Positions 1 to 11,415 of a stretch of DNA of 64,000 bases are shown one piece after another. A model generated the notes under the pieces. The model was not told the DNA's origin. It searched no databases and was given only the letters and a program-made list of their open reading frames with translations. Source of the DNA: an uncultured delta proteobacterium (lineage in GTDB: Bacteria; Desulfobacterota; Binatia; UBA9968); NCBI GenBank assembly GCA_963804165.1, contig CAWDPO010000020.1, forward strand, positions 27,291 to 91,290, read 5' to 3'. The first letter of the stretch is position 1. The number at the start of each line of letters is the position of its first letter. The position numbers and the translations under genes were made by a program.

Positions 1-198
1 CGGAATATTCGTCAATTCATCGAGAAGGGGCAAAGGGTGAAAGTCTCGGTTTTCTTCCGCGGGCGAGAAATCACCCATCCCGAGCTAGGCCGCCAGATGC
101 TTCGAGGGGTGGTCGTTCAGGTCCAAGATATCGCCAAACTCGATATTGAACCTCGTCTCGAGGGACGAAGCATGGCGATGTTGTTGACGCCCAAGTAG
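1..198 (+). CDS. infC: Translation initiation factor IF-3, 3' part (truncated by window edge)
   Basis: Frame 1 reads ...GQRVKVSVFFRGREITHPELG...EPRLEGRSMAMLLTPK*; directly upstream of rpmI-rplT. Confidence 0.95.
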   Translation, partial: RNIRQFIEKGQRVKVSVFFRGREITHPELGRQMLRGVVVQVQDIAKLDIEPRLEGRSMAMLLTPK

Positions 199-243
199 CG
201 TCAGGCAACGATTTTGCGAAAGATCAACCTCAAGGAGTGCACA

Positions 244-441
244 GTGCCAAAAATCAGAACCAACAAATCCGCAGCCAAACGGTTTCGTGTCACGGGAAGC
301 GGAAAGATCAAACGCAACAAGGGATATAAACGTCATATTCTCTCGAGCAAGAACAAAAAACGCAAAAGACATTTGCGCCAGGCGACTACGGTCGCCGCGG
401 TGGAAGCAAAGAACATTCGCAAACTTATACCTTATAAGTAA
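244..441 (+). CDS. rpmI: 50S ribosomal protein L35
   Basis: GTG start after AAGGAG; [24 protein letters not shown]. Confidence 0.97.
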   Translation: MPKIRTNKSAAKRFRVTGSGKIKRNKGYKRHILSSKNKKRKRHLRQATTVAAVEAKNIRKLIPYK

Positions 442-529
442 GCAAGACTGAGGACTGAATCACGAGAGCTGAGTACGGAGGCGTGTTCTATCCTATCAGT
501 CAGCGCTAACTCAGGAAGGAGTTTTTCCA

Positions 530-889
530 GTGCCCAGAGCTAAAGGTGGAAGCAAATCGCGGCAGAGACGCAAGAAGATCATGAAGCTTGCCAAAGGCTA
601 CGTCGGTGGCCGAGGACGCTTATATCGGTCGGCGCGGGAGACGGTGGAGCGAGCGTTGACGTTTGCTTACCGGGACCGGCGGATCAAGAAAAGAACGTTC
701 CGCGGTCTATGGATCACCCGCATCGGCGCGGCGGCGAAAATCAACGGTCTCTCCTACAGCCAATTGATCAAGGGGCTCAAGCAAGCCGGTGTGGAGCTGG
801 ACCGTAAGATCCTGGCCGAGATTGCGGTGGCAGATATGTCGGCTTTCGGCCAGATCGCCCAGACCGCGAAATCCCACTTGGGCGCTTAA
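530..889 (+). CDS. rplT: 50S ribosomal protein L20
   Basis: MPRAKGG...AYRDRR.KKR.FR.LWITRI; operon context. Confidence 0.98.
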   Translation: MPRAKGGSKSRQRRKKIMKLAKGYVGGRGRLYRSARETVERALTFAYRDRRIKKRTFRGLWITRIGAAAKINGLSYSQLIKGLKQAGVELDRKILAEIAVADMSAFGQIAQTAKSHLGA

Positions 890-910
890 GCGATCGAGTA
901 TTGCAGTCGA

Positions 911-1951
911 ATGAACGATTCCGTGGAAACCCTCCAGGGAGAGGTTCTCGCTCGCATTCGGCAAGCCAAGTCGGAGAAAGAGCTGGAACAGATCCGGGTC
1001 GAGGTTTTAGGCCGCAGTGGCAGCGTTACGCTGCGGCTCCGCGGGCTCAAAGATTTGCCGGGAGAAGAGCGACGGCGCGCCGGAGAGCAGCTCAATCAGT
1101 TGCGCCGCGCTCTCGAACAGCGTTTGAACGAACAGCTTGGCGCGGTCAAGCAGCAGGCTAAATCGCAGGCGCTAAAAGAAGAGCGCGTCGACATCACTCT
1201 CCCCGGAACGCGTCGGGCGAGGGGAAGCGCTCATCCGATCACACTCGTTACCGACGAGATCATCGATATCTTCTGGGGCATGGGCTTTGAGATCGCCCGC
1301 GGCCCCGATATCGAGGATGACTATCATAATTTCGAAGCGCTTAACTTTCCCAAAGATCATCCGGCGCGGGATATGCAGGATACGATCTTTGTGTCGAATA
1401 ACCGGTTGTTGCGAACCCACACGTCGCCGGTGCAGATCCGCACCATGGAAGACCGCAAGCCACCGCTTCAAGTGATCGTGCCCGGGGCAGTCTACCGTCA
1501 CGATGACGATGCGACGCATTCACCGATGTTCCATCAGGTGGAAGGATTCATGGTCGACCTGGCCATCGCCTTCTCCGATCTTAAGGGCGTGTTGACGCAT
1601 TTCTTGCGGCAAATTTTCGATCGCGACGCGGGTGTTAGGTTTCGGCCGAGCTTTTTTCCTTTTACCGAACCAAGCGCAGAAATCGATATTCAATGTGTGA
1701 TCTGCGGCGGGAGTGGAACGCTGCGGGATGGGCAGTCATGCCGCGTTTGCAAGACTTCGGGCTGGTTGGAAATTCTCGGCGCCGGTATGATTGATCCCGC
1801 GGTTTTTGAGTTCGTCGGCTATGATCCGGAAAAGGTCTCGGGCTTCGCATTCGGGATGGGTGTCGAGCGGATCGCCATGCTCAAATACGGGATCGACGAC
1901 ATTCGCCTGTTTTTTCAAAATGACCTGAGGTTCTTACGGCAATTCGCTTGA
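911..1951 (+). CDS. pheS: Phenylalanine-tRNA ligase alpha subunit
   Basis: HPARDMQDT, LLRTHTSPVQ, FRPSFFPFTEPS, GFAFGMGVER; CxxC...CxxC insertion. Confidence 0.98.
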   Translation: MNDSVETLQGEVLARIRQAKSEKELEQIRVEVLGRSGSVTLRLRGLKDLPGEERRRAGEQLNQLRRALEQRLNEQLGAVKQQAKSQALKEERVDITLPGTRRARGSAHPITLVTDEIIDIFWGMGFEIARGPDIEDDYHNFEALNFPKDHPARDMQDTIFVSNNRLLRTHTSPVQIRTMEDRKPPLQVIVPGAVYRHDDDATHSPMFHQVEGFMVDLAIAFSDLKGVLTHFLRQIFDRDAGVRFRPSFFPFTEPSAEIDIQCVICGGSGTLRDGQSCRVCKTSGWLEILGAGMIDPAVFEFVGYDPEKVSGFAFGMGVERIAMLKYGIDDIRLFFQNDLRFLRQFA

Positions 1952-2021
1952 GTGTGCGAAAAATGGAGTATTGGATACCAAGATCATCAGTCCGATAGTT
2001 CCAACATTCCATCTCAATTCT

Positions 2022-4106
2022 ATGAAGGTGACTTTCAACTGGCTTAAAGAATTTGTCGATTTCACGGGCGCACCTGATGATCTCGCCAGGTTGCTCACCA
2101 TGGCGGGCCTCGAGGTGGAGTCGCAAGCTGCGCTGCGCGAGCCGGAATCCAATCGCGATGATTGGGTGCTCGAAATCGCTGTGACGCCGAACCGCGGCGA
2201 CTGCTTGGGGATCATCGGGATCGCGCGGGAAGTCGCCGCTTTGACCGGAGCAAAGCTCAAAGACGTGCCGTCGAGTGCAACTAGGAAGGATTCCAGCATC
2301 AACAAACGCATCGCTCTAAAGATTGACGACGCCGGACTCTGCACGCGCTATTCGGCGCGCATCGTGGACGAACTCAAAGTCGCGGCGTCGCCGTCTTGGC
2401 TGTGCTGCCGATTGGAAGCTTGCGGCATCCGCGCCATTAATAGCGTCGTCGACGCGACCAACTACGTTATGCTCGAAACCGGCCAGCCGCTGCACGCCTT
2501 CGACCTAGACCGGTTGCCGACGAAAAGGATCATTGTCCGCGCGGCCAAAACGATTAAAAAATTTATCACGCTCGACGGCGTTGAGCGTGAATTGATGCCC
2601 GAAGATTTACTTATTTGCGATGGCGATATGCCCATCGCTCTTGCCGGCGTCATGGGGGGGATGGATTCCGAGGTGCGCGACACGACGCGCTCGATTCTGC
2701 TCGAAAGCGCGAACTTCGCGCCGTCCAGTATTCGGCGTACGGCTAAGCGCCTGGTGTTGCACAGCGAGGCATCGCACCGTTTCGAGCGCGGTGTCGATCC
2801 CGATGCAACGATCCGGGCGTTGGACCGGGCCGTATGGTTGATTAAGGAGATTGCCGGAGGGAGTGTATTGGCGGGCGCAGCCGATTGTTATCCCGTCAAG
2901 GCTAAACCCATGACGCTTCGACTGCGCGAGGAGCGCGTTGAAAGACTCCTCGGCGTTCGCTTCGAACTCAAGCAAGCTGAGAAATTGTTTGCAGCCCTTG
3001 GATTGAAGTCCGAGCGACAGGGGAGAGCGCCAAGCCTGCGAGTCCGTGTGCCGACAAACCGTGCCGACCTTACGCGCGAAGCTGATTTGATCGAAGAGTT
3101 GGCGCGTCTTCGCGGCTACGATAAGATTCCGACCACGTTGCCGCTAACGAGAATCGCAGGGAGTAGTATCGATCCCCGTTTGGCTTGGGAAAGAAAACTG
3201 CGCGCCCTTTTGAGCGGAGAAGGCTTGAGCGAGGTCATCAATCTGCCGTTCACGTCAGAAAAATTGAATCGAAATCTCACCGGTCCGTGGCAGCCCGCGG
3301 CTTCGGCGGTGGTGGTGCTAAATCCCCTGGCGAAAGAAAACGCGGAGATGCGCCACAGTCTGATTCCCGGACTGATCGATAATTTGCGACTCAATCTTAC
3401 TCACAAGCTGAAAAGCTTTCATGGGTATCAACTGGGGAAGGTATTTGGTTCGACGGCGGCCGGCGAAATAGATGAGCGGCAGTGCATCGCCGGGCTCTTG
3501 TACGGACCGCGACAGGTTCATGGTTTGCGTCTGGGCGAAGAGGTTTCGGTGGGATTTCTCCAATGCAAAGGGGTGATCGAAGCCATTCTGGAGCTTTTCC
3601 GTCTTGCCGAAAAGGCGTCTTGGTCCCGTGACGACTTGAGGTTTTTGCATCCAGGGAAATCGGCGGCGTTGCGGTGCGATCAATCTGCGTTGGGTTATAT
3701 GGGTGAGCTGCATCCCGATTTATCCGATGAACTTGACATTCCCGCATCCTGGGTGTTTGAACTTGACTTAGATAAACTGCTTGAGTATGCTCCGCGCCGA
3801 ATAGTGATGCAGACGCTTCCGCGTTTTCCGGCCGTCGAGCGGGACTTAGCCATAGTGGTCGATCGTGATTTTACCTCCCAACAAGTCATCAGTTGGATAA
3901 AGGACCTTGGCGAGTCTTTGATCGAGCACGTTGAAGTCTTCGATCAGTATCTCGGGGCGCCGATTCCAGAGGGTAAGAAGAGTTTGGCTTATAGAGTATC
4001 CTATCGCGCTGAAGATAAGACCCTGACCGACGCGGAGATCAATGGGCTTCACCAGAGACTAGTGAAACGGCTTCAGGATACATTCGGTGTGGAGCAACGC
4101 GGCTGA
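2022..4106 (+). CDS. pheT: Phenylalanine-tRNA ligase beta subunit (short form lacking the B2 OB-fold)
   Basis: MKVTFNWLKEFV start; TPNRGDCLG, ETGQPLHAFD, FERGVD, DLIEELAR, C-terminal FDX-ACB domain. Confidence 0.96.
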   Translation: MKVTFNWLKEFVDFTGAPDDLARLLTMAGLEVESQAALREPESNRDDWVLEIAVTPNRGDCLGIIGIAREVAALTGAKLKDVPSSATRKDSSINKRIALKIDDAGLCTRYSARIVDELKVAASPSWLCCRLEACGIRAINSVVDATNYVMLETGQPLHAFDLDRLPTKRIIVRAAKTIKKFITLDGVERELMPEDLLICDGDMPIALAGVMGGMDSEVRDTTRSILLESANFAPSSIRRTAKRLVLHSEASHRFERGVDPDATIRALDRAVWLIKEIAGGSVLAGAADCYPVKAKPMTLRLREERVERLLGVRFELKQAEKLFAALGLKSERQGRAPSLRVRVPTNRADLTREADLIEELARLRGYDKIPTTLPLTRIAGSSIDPRLAWERKLRALLSGEGLSEVINLPFTSEKLNRNLTGPWQPAASAVVVLNPLAKENAEMRHSLIPGLIDNLRLNLTHKLKSFHGYQLGKVFGSTAAGEIDERQCIAGLLYGPRQVHGLRLGEEVSVGFLQCKGVIEAILELFRLAEKASWSRDDLRFLHPGKSAALRCDQSALGYMGELHPDLSDELDIPASWVFELDLDKLLEYAPRRIVMQTLPRFPAVERDLAIVVDRDFTSQQVISWIKDLGESLIEHVEVFDQYLGAPIPEGKKSLAYRVSYRAEDKTLTDAEINGLHQRLVKRLQDTFGVEQRG

Positions 4107-4143
4107 TGTGCCATGACTGACTGTGCCACGGGAGAGGTGTAAT

Positions 4144-4467
4144 ATGACGAAAGCTGAAATTATCACCCGAATTTACGAAAAGGTTGGGTTTGCAAAAAAA
4201 GACGCCACAGATGTTGTCGAGGCGACATTCGACATCATTAAAGGCTGCTTGGAGCGAGGCGAAAAAGTAAAAATTTCCGGTTTTGGAAATTTTGTCGTCA
4301 ATACCAAACGCCCCCGGAAGGGACGCAACCCGCAAACCGGCGATGAGATCATCATCGTTGGCCGCAAGGTGCTGACGTTTAAAGCGAGCCAGATCATGAA
4401 AAAAAGCCTGAATGGTATTTCTTCGCCTTCGCCCGAGTCGGCGCCAAGCTCGTCCGCGTCGGAATAG
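4144..4467 (+). CDS. ihfA: Integration host factor alpha subunit
   Basis: MTKAEI...VKISGFGNF...RKGRNPQTG; follows pheT. Confidence 0.93.
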   Translation: MTKAEIITRIYEKVGFAKKDATDVVEATFDIIKGCLERGEKVKISGFGNFVVNTKRPRKGRNPQTGDEIIIVGRKVLTFKASQIMKKSLNGISSPSPESAPSSSASE

Positions 4468-4475
4468 GTCCGGCT

Positions 4476-4829
4476 ATGTCTCCGCGTTTGCCGGAAAAGA
4501 TCTATTTTAAGATCGGTGAAGTCAGCGAAATCGTCGGTGTCGAGCCCTACGTTTTGCGTTATTGGGAAACCGAGTTCGACCTGCTGAAACCCTCCAAGGC
4601 GCCGTCAAAACATCGGTTATATAAAAAACGCGACGTCGAGTTGCTGCTCGATATCAAGCGACTTCTTTACACCGATGGATTCACGATCGAAGGAGCGCGG
4701 AAAAAATTAAAAGAAGCCCGGAAAGAAGAAAAAGACCAACTTAAGCTGCCCCTCTCCGAGCAGAAATACCGAAGCGCTCTCGTGAAGCTAAAAAAAGACT
4801 TGGAATCAATGCGTCGATTGTTGTCCTAG
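4476..4829 (+). CDS. MerR-family HTH regulator (conserved ihfA-linked)
   Basis: YFKIGEVSEIVGVEPYVLRYWETEF...RLY; typical ihfA-merR-tRNA-Pro synteny. Confidence 0.92.
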   Translation: MSPRLPEKIYFKIGEVSEIVGVEPYVLRYWETEFDLLKPSKAPSKHRLYKKRDVELLLDIKRLLYTDGFTIEGARKKLKEARKEEKDQLKLPLSEQKYRSALVKLKKDLESMRRLLS

Positions 4830-4900
4830 GCGCGGTCGGCGCAGGCGCGACGGATGCCTATTTGCCGAGCTGACTCACCCCCAATCGAGCGGCCGTGAAA

Positions 4901-4929
4901 TTGATTTGACGCGCGGGGAATGCTAAATT
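4901..4929 (+). promoter_or_regulatory. Putative sigma70 promoter of tRNA-Pro
   Basis: TTGATT-17 nt-TAAATT with extended -10 TG. Confidence 0.5.
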
Positions 4930-4951
4930 TCGCCTACTTCCAAACCAACAT

Positions 4952-5028
4952 CGGGGCGTAGCGCAGCCTGGTAGCGCACACGCTTGGGGTGCGTGTGGTC
5001 ACCGGTTCAAATCCGGTCGCCCCGACCA
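4952..5028 (+). tRNA. tRNA-Pro (GGG)
   Basis: CGGGGCGTAGCGCAGCCTGGTAGCGCA...anticodon loop TTGGGGT...GGTTCAAATCC...CCCCGACCA, 77 nt with encoded CCA. Confidence 0.98.
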
Positions 5029-5289
5029 TTCATTGATCGAGTATGACCACTCAGCAACGTGAATCCAGCGAGTTTCAACTTCGCGGGGAATAGCCAGACG
5101 ATCGTTCGTAGCCGAGCGGCGGCGCCTTGCGTCGTTGTAACAAAAAAATCATTCGTGGACTTGTTCGCTGACTCACTGCGCGATGCCGATGCGGCGGGAC
5201 ATTGAAGCATTCACTGGGTTGCCCGACTTTGCGAGCATGGGCGGCGACTTCAAGAAAGTCTCTATCGGACGAATGCCCGTTCTCGGCGA

Positions 5290-7368
5290 CTACTGATCAG
5301 GCATCGGGTCGTCATCGGGAATCTGTTTCACTTCTTCAAGCCAGACGGTTGCTTCGCTATCGCTTGGTGCGCGGTAATCGCCACGTGGCGATAACGAGCC
5401 ACCGGACCCAACTTTAGGAGCGTTAGGAATGCAGCTCCGTTTATACTGACTCATCTGAAAAAACCGCCACACGAAGACGGACAGCCAGCGCTTGATGTCG
5501 GTGATGGTGTATTGATTACGTCTCCCTTCGGCAATATCGGGCCATTCGCCTAGCGTCCGATCCCGCCAAGCGCAATAGGCGAGGAAGGCGATCTTTGAGG
5601 GCAAGTAGCCGAAGCGCGCTGTGTAATAGAGATTGAAGTCTTGCAGCTCATAGGGACCGATCACATCCTCGGTTCTCTGAGCCGGTTGCTCGCCGTTGGG
5701 GTCGCTGGGGATCAGTTCCGGGCTAAACTCAGTTTCGAGGATGGAACGGAGGATCACGCTGGTTTGTTTGCCCAGTTGGTTTGTTTCAGCCACCCAGCGG
5801 ATGAGAAACTGAATGAGCGTTTTTGGCACGCTCGCGTTGACACTATAGTGGGACATGTGATCGCCCACGCCGTAGGTGCACCAGCCAAGCGCAAGTTCAC
5901 TGAGATCGCTGGTTCCCAACACCAAAGCTTGATGGAGGTTGGCAAGCCGGAACAGGTGGCTGGTTCGTTCTCCCGCCTGGACATTTTCAAAGGTCACGTC
6001 ATACACCGGGTCGCCGTTGGCATAGGGGTGATTGATGTCGCGGAGCATCTGCTCGCAGCTCGGGCGGATGTCCACTTCATGGGCGACACAGCCAATCGCT
6101 TCCATGAGCGCCTTGGCGTTTGTCAGAGTGCGTTGAGTGGTGGCGAAACCAGGCATCGTAAAGGTGAGCAGGTTGGACCGCGGCAGTCCCAGTAGATCCA
6201 ACGCGCGGGCAGCGACGATGAGCGCGTGGGTCGAATCGAGGCCGCCGGAGACACCGATCACGATCTTTGATAGGCGGGAACTCTGAAGTCGTTTCACCAG
6301 TCCTTGCACCTGAATGTTGTAGGCTTCGTAGCAGCGGCGGTCGCGTAACACCGGATCCGAAGGCACGTAGGGAAATCTTTCGATTTTGCGCCGGCACAAC
6401 AAGCGGCCCGTTCTTGGTAACTCGATGTCGAAACCGATTTTGCGAAATTGGCGCGGCACTTCGCGATAGTACTGGATGCTCTGACCGAAGCTGTTCTGCC
6501 GCATACGTTCCTGCGCAAGTCGTTCAAGGTCAAGTTCCGCTACGATGAGTTGGGAGTGGTAGCAGAATCTCTCGGACTCAGCGATCAGCGTGCCGTTTTC
6601 GTAAACCATGGCATGCCCGTCCCAGGCGAGATCGGTAGTTGATTCTCCGGGTCCGGCGGCGACGTAGAGATAAGAGGCAAGACAGCGAGCGGACTGATTC
6701 GCGACCAGCGCGTGGCGATATTCGTCCTTGCCGATGGTGATATTGGAGGCGGAAAGATTCAAAATCACTGTGGCGCCCGCCAGGGCGGCACTGGATGAGG
6801 GTGGAATAGGGACCCAGAGATCCTCGCAGATCTCCACAAAAAACGTCAACTGCGGCTGCGATTGGCACTGAAATAGGAGACGTTCGCCGAAAGGAATTTG
6901 CCGCTGATCCAGGACGTCGATGGCGCTGCTTAGCCCCGCCGATGCTGCGGCGAATTGGCGATACTCGTAGAACTCCCGATAATTGGGCAAGAATGTTTTA
7001 GGAACGATCCCCAATATCTTACCGTGAGACAGAACGATGGCGCAGTTGAATAGTAAATTGTCAACCTGCAGCGGCATGCCGACTACGGCGACTAAGTTCA
7101 AAATTTCGGAAGCTTTTAATACACGGCTCAGCGCTTCCAACGCGCCTTCCAGCAAGGCCTGCTGGTGAAATAAATCCTCGCATGAATACGCGGTCAGCCC
7201 CAATTCCGGAAAGAGCATGATAGCCGCCTTGTCGCGCTCAGCTCTTTCCATCAATTCGATAGTTCGGGCTTGGTTGAATGCTGGGTCCGCCACGCGCACT
7301 TCGGGTATTCCGACAGCAGTGCGAACAAAACCGTGACTATAAAGGTTGAAAAACTCGCCGTTCCTCAT
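5290..7368 (-). CDS. nadE: Glutamine-dependent NAD+ synthetase
   Basis: Nitrilase domain ([29 protein letters not shown]) plus SGGLDST synthetase motif; start at MRNGEFF assumed. Confidence 0.95.
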   Translation of the reverse strand: MRNGEFFNLYSHGFVRTAVGIPEVRVADPAFNQARTIELMERAERDKAAIMLFPELGLTAYSCEDLFHQQALLEGALEALSRVLKASEILNLVAVVGMPLQVDNLLFNCAIVLSHGKILGIVPKTFLPNYREFYEYRQFAAASAGLSSAIDVLDQRQIPFGERLLFQCQSQPQLTFFVEICEDLWVPIPPSSSAALAGATVILNLSASNITIGKDEYRHALVANQSARCLASYLYVAAGPGESTTDLAWDGHAMVYENGTLIAESERFCYHSQLIVAELDLERLAQERMRQNSFGQSIQYYREVPRQFRKIGFDIELPRTGRLLCRRKIERFPYVPSDPVLRDRRCYEAYNIQVQGLVKRLQSSRLSKIVIGVSGGLDSTHALIVAARALDLLGLPRSNLLTFTMPGFATTQRTLTNAKALMEAIGCVAHEVDIRPSCEQMLRDINHPYANGDPVYDVTFENVQAGERTSHLFRLANLHQALVLGTSDLSELALGWCTYGVGDHMSHYSVNASVPKTLIQFLIRWVAETNQLGKQTSVILRSILETEFSPELIPSDPNGEQPAQRTEDVIGPYELQDFNLYYTARFGYLPSKIAFLAYCAWRDRTLGEWPDIAEGRRNQYTITDIKRWLSVFVWRFFQMSQYKRSCIPNAPKVGSGGSLSPRGDYRAPSDSEATVWLEEVKQIPDDDPMPDQ

Positions 7369-7694
7369 GGCTTCACGAACCGATGGATGGACTATGTTTG
7401 ATTTTTTCGCGGCGCGCAACGCCTCTGTGCGGTTGAGCCGATCGCACGCCGTGACAGACCATTTGTGGTTGTTTCACTCGTTGAACTTCGCGGCGCGATA
7501 CCGCCTTCAAGCGGAAGCAATGCGACATCAGTGGCAGCGACCTGGTTGCTTCCTAGGGAGGTTCCAGACTTGACGACCGCGACGGGCGTGATGCAACTCC
7601 TCCAGCGGAAACGGATCGGCGTCGACTCACGAATCGTGCAACGCTGCCAGGCTTCGTTCGATGAATTCCCGAAGTTGCCGGCGAGGTATCTGCT

Positions 7695-9051
7695 TTACCC
7701 GATGAAGGCGTACTTCGTATGACTTAGTTGGTCATAGAGCGGGTCGGTTTCGACGTTGCTGATAATCACGGCTTCCCCGGTCGCGCCTACCGTGCCGGTG
7801 ATTCCTAGACCTTTCTTGAAGTCCCGGAAAATGGTCGAAAAATCGGCATGCGTCTGGTAACTCGCGCGGGCGTGCAGCATTTCTCGCCGCTCGTCAAAGA
7901 GACAAACTCTCATCGCGTCGAAGCCAAATATCTCGGTGATTTTTCGCACGACCTCTTGGAGGATACTTTCCATTTCCAACGACTGGCTGGCAGTTGCCGT
8001 TACGTCGAATAGCGCCGAGAGTTCCTTGGATTGCTTTTCCACCTCGGCATACAGACGGGCGTTGTGAATCGCGATGGCGATTTGATTCGACATCGAATTG
8101 ATCAATTGAGTCTCGTGGGAGGTAAGCTCGCGGGCGTCTCTGCCCATACACATAATCACGCCCAAGGTCGTGTCTTTGTGTTTGATCGGGAAGCCTGCGA
8201 GGAATTTACGTTCTGTGGAGCGGGCGTGGTTCGAGGAGCTGAGCTCGGCATACCGGGGATCAGTATCGACGTTGCTGATAATCATGGCTTCCCCGCTCTC
8301 TCCCACTGTACCGACGATTCCTTGCCCCCTCTTGAAGCTCGGTGAGGCGAGCGAGATGTCCGCGCGCGTCAAATAGGACGCCTTAGCCTGCAGTGTCTCC
8401 CTCCGGTCGTCGAAGAGAAAAACTCTTGTGGCATCGAATCCGAAGATCTCGGTAATTTTTCGTATGACTTCTTGGAGGATGCTTTCCATCTCCAGCGACT
8501 GGCTCGCGGCCGAGGTCACGTCAAACAGCGCGGAGAGTTCCTGGGATTTTTTGCTAAGCTCGGCATAGAGCCTGGCGTTTTGAATGGCGATCGCGGCGTG
8601 CGCGGCAAGAGACGCAAGGTGATTTACGTCCTGGTCTCTGAATTCGTGCGCCGTCGTCGTCATGATATCCAGGACGCCTACCGGCTGCTCCGCCACTCTC
8701 AGCGGGATACCGAGATAGGACACCAATCCATGCGCGCGGTTAAATTCCCTGTGGCGCACCCTCGGATCGTCTTCCAGACGAGGAATCTGGACAGGGATAG
8801 GACTGTTCAAGACCGCTTGTGCAATACCACTTCGTCGGTCCGACAAATGCACTTCGTGCGCGCGCCTCCAGGCTTCCGTGTCGATGTTTCGACAGGACGT
8901 CGAAGGCACCCGTGTTTGGGTTGAGCAACTGAACGGCCATCACCGCGGTGACCGGTACGATCGTTTCGATCCGATCCAGCAAGACCTTCATCACGTCATC
9001 CATGCTTAGCGTCGAAACCATGGCTTGTTCGAACTGGCGCATCGCGCGCAT
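7695..9051 (-). pseudogene. Multi-GAF-domain sensor fragment (frameshifted, no output domain)
   Basis: Tandem GAF repeats (AIAIQNARLY; ELSALFDVT..ASQSLEMESILQEV.RKITEIFGFDA twice); frameshift near 8890; stop inside the third GAF. Confidence 0.8.
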
Positions 9052-9053
9052 AT

Positions 9054-9600
9054 GCGACAGAAGTCGCCAAGAGCATCGCGCGTAGCGAGGTTTGGCGTCT
9101 GCTCGAAAGAAGAATAAGGACCTTGCGTGAATCTACAGCTAATCGATTTGGCCCAAGTGCTGGAAGAAGAGCTTTCCGTCGGCAACGAGCTTCGTTGTAA
9201 CCTGGACGCGCAAAAACAAGCGATTCTGGTGGGACATCGCGGTGCTGCTCGAGCGAACCAAGTCGCGCCCGAAGGCACTTTGGAGTTCAACCCCGACGGT
9301 ACGCTTAACGGCGTCGACCCATTACAGACATTAGTTTGAGTGGGCTCGCGGTTGGCGCGGCCGCCATTGCATTTGCCGGTTCCAACACCGCAGTGTTGGC
9401 GCAAACACAAACGAACACCACAACGGCTTGCAAGCTCAAATCGCGCGCCTGGACGCGGCCCTCGATCGGATCGCGACTTTTCGCGCCGAAGTCGGCGCCC
9501 GTTTGAATAGCGTCCAGGTTGCCGGCGACGCCGTCGGAATCTTAAAAGACCGCACCTTGGGACAGAGATCGCAAATCGAGGATGCCGACGTACTGGCGGC
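9054..9600 (+). pseudogene. Mosaic of flagellar gene remnants (FlgM-like end, FlgN-like start, hook-like piece, FlgL/flagellin C-terminus)
   Basis: ATEVAKSIARSE; MNLQLIDLAQVLEEEL...LDAQKQAI; GTLEFNPDGTL; LDAALDRIATFRAEVGARLN...SQIEDAD. Confidence 0.55.
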
Positions 9601-9971
9601 TTTGGGTTTTCCGGATGATCGCCGTTATCGGGGTTGAGCCGATTCAATACCGGCGCCATCAGTTAATCGCCCTTCCTTATTTTGGAATCCATGGATCATG
9701 AATTGTCGTTTCCAGTGATCCATATCCCGATTTAGTCGCCCTGGATTATCGCCGTGCCGGTGTGCCCGGAGATCCTTGCCAGTCTTGAGGCTATGACGGC
9801 GTCCAATCTCGTGCCATTTTTTAATTGTCACCGTGCGCCAGCGGGTCGAGGATATCAGTGTGAATCTCCAAAAGGACCTCTAATCGTGAATTCGGCTGCG
9901 TTGATCGGCATACAATTTGTAATTGAGGAATACCCGGTGCGCTATACATTGATCCAGCCCGATTTGACAAA

Positions 9972-10439
9972 GTGATTCGTCGTCGCGAGCGCACGGCTGG
10001 GGAAAAGATTGCACTAGATTATGTTCAAAGCGCCAAATTTTCAAAACCCGAGCAAGCGGGAGAGTTCCCGAGATTTCACGCAGACCTCACGACCCAATAC
10101 TCGGGCGGTTCACCGTACCCGGCGTCATTGGAGCCGGACATCCGGCTCATGGTGATGCTCCTGGAAGATGCGGTGCAGTGCTACCAACGATATTTCTCGG
10201 CGCAGACAGACGCAGGAAAAAGAACATTCCGCGACGCCGAACGCTGGCTCTTCGGTCAGACCGAAGACTGGATTTATTCCTTTGAAAACATCTGCGCGTG
10301 TGTCGGTATTAATCCGCAGTACCTCCGCATCGGCTTAAGGCACTGGCAAAAGTCGGCGTCCAGCGAACGGTCAGCGGGCTCACGTCCCGGTCGGCGTGGT
10401 CGAACGCCGTCGGCCCTGCGGCGGGACCCGACGCTTTAA
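9972..10439 (+). CDS. Hypothetical protein of an uncharacterised family (LM..LEDAV...W...DW.YSFENIC...P.YLR.GL..W)
   Basis: Plausible 155-aa ORF with a conserved-looking W/SFENIC core. Confidence 0.7.
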   Translation: MIRRRERTAGEKIALDYVQSAKFSKPEQAGEFPRFHADLTTQYSGGSPYPASLEPDIRLMVMLLEDAVQCYQRYFSAQTDAGKRTFRDAERWLFGQTEDWIYSFENICACVGINPQYLRIGLRHWQKSASSERSAGSRPGRRGRTPSALRRDPTL

Positions 10440-10960
10440 ACGATCGGCGCGGCGCCAACTCCCCATTGGATCCGATCATTCGGATCAGTCTTCCCGGCCG
10501 AAATCCTTTTAAAAGGCATTAGCGGCGAACAAGTTTGAATCCGCGGAAACGATAACTGATGGGTTCCAACTGCCGAGCCGACCGATCGATGATGAGTCAA
10601 GGCGCGGCTCCCCCGTCACTCGCTTCTGAAGCGCGGTCAGCTCTGACGCCCAGGGCCATTGTCCTAAATCGGCTCGTTCGTGGTCGTGTTCATCGTTTTT
10701 CCGACGTTGTCGATCACGCGGTTCTCCGCATCACACCCCTTGTTTCCATTTTGCCTTTGTTTCGGCGTTTCGGCGATGCGCCGAGCCATTAACCGCGTTC
10801 TAATGTCCCGGTTGCCGGTTTGCTCTAGAATGACAAACTTGACTTTGCAAAGCAGGGCGGGCTACAAGACTCCCTGGTATTTGCGGCATGTGTCTCAATG
10901 AGGGAGCCGTGCTTTCTGACTGGCATCAACAAGTTGCCGATTTCTTGAAGGGCAACAGGA

Positions 10961-11332
10961 GTGAGCAAGATGAACGGACAGTCCGTAGAGCGGCTGATGG
11001 ATGTTGTACTGCAGATGAGAATAAATCTGTCCCATATCACCGAGACGCTGCATCAACAAACTTGTGAGATTCGCCTGCAGCTCGATGGGGTGTTCGACGA
11101 ACGGAAGCGAGCGCTCGAGAGCTGCCTCAGCGGCATCGATCAAAAACTCATCGAATGCTCGGCCTCCATCATTGAGTACCGGCGGCATTTCGCAGATCTT
11201 GCCGTTATGCGCGAGAAGCTCCTGCAGCTCGGCGCCGATCCTAACGGTCTGCCCGCCGCTTTACCGGGCGAAACTGCATCAGATGTGATTGCCTGGCGTC
11301 TGCACGAACTAAGAGACGAGGGCAGGATTTGA
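10961..11332 (+). CDS. Hypothetical coiled-coil protein
   Basis: 123-aa ORF, AGGAG RBS, heptad-rich helical sequence. Confidence 0.65.
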   Translation: MSKMNGQSVERLMDVVLQMRINLSHITETLHQQTCEIRLQLDGVFDERKRALESCLSGIDQKLIECSASIIEYRRHFADLAVMREKLLQLGADPNGLPAALPGETASDVIAWRLHELRDEGRI

Positions 11333-11415
11333 ATCATCTTACTTTGAAACATCTCCGGCCCATCTTCTTGGGCGCTGGGCTTGTCTGCATCACTGGACCG
11401 ACAATTATCGTATAA

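Noticed and set aside
10921-10937. TGGCA...TTGC as a sigma54 promoter
   Set aside because: GG-GC spacing is 12 nt rather than 10.
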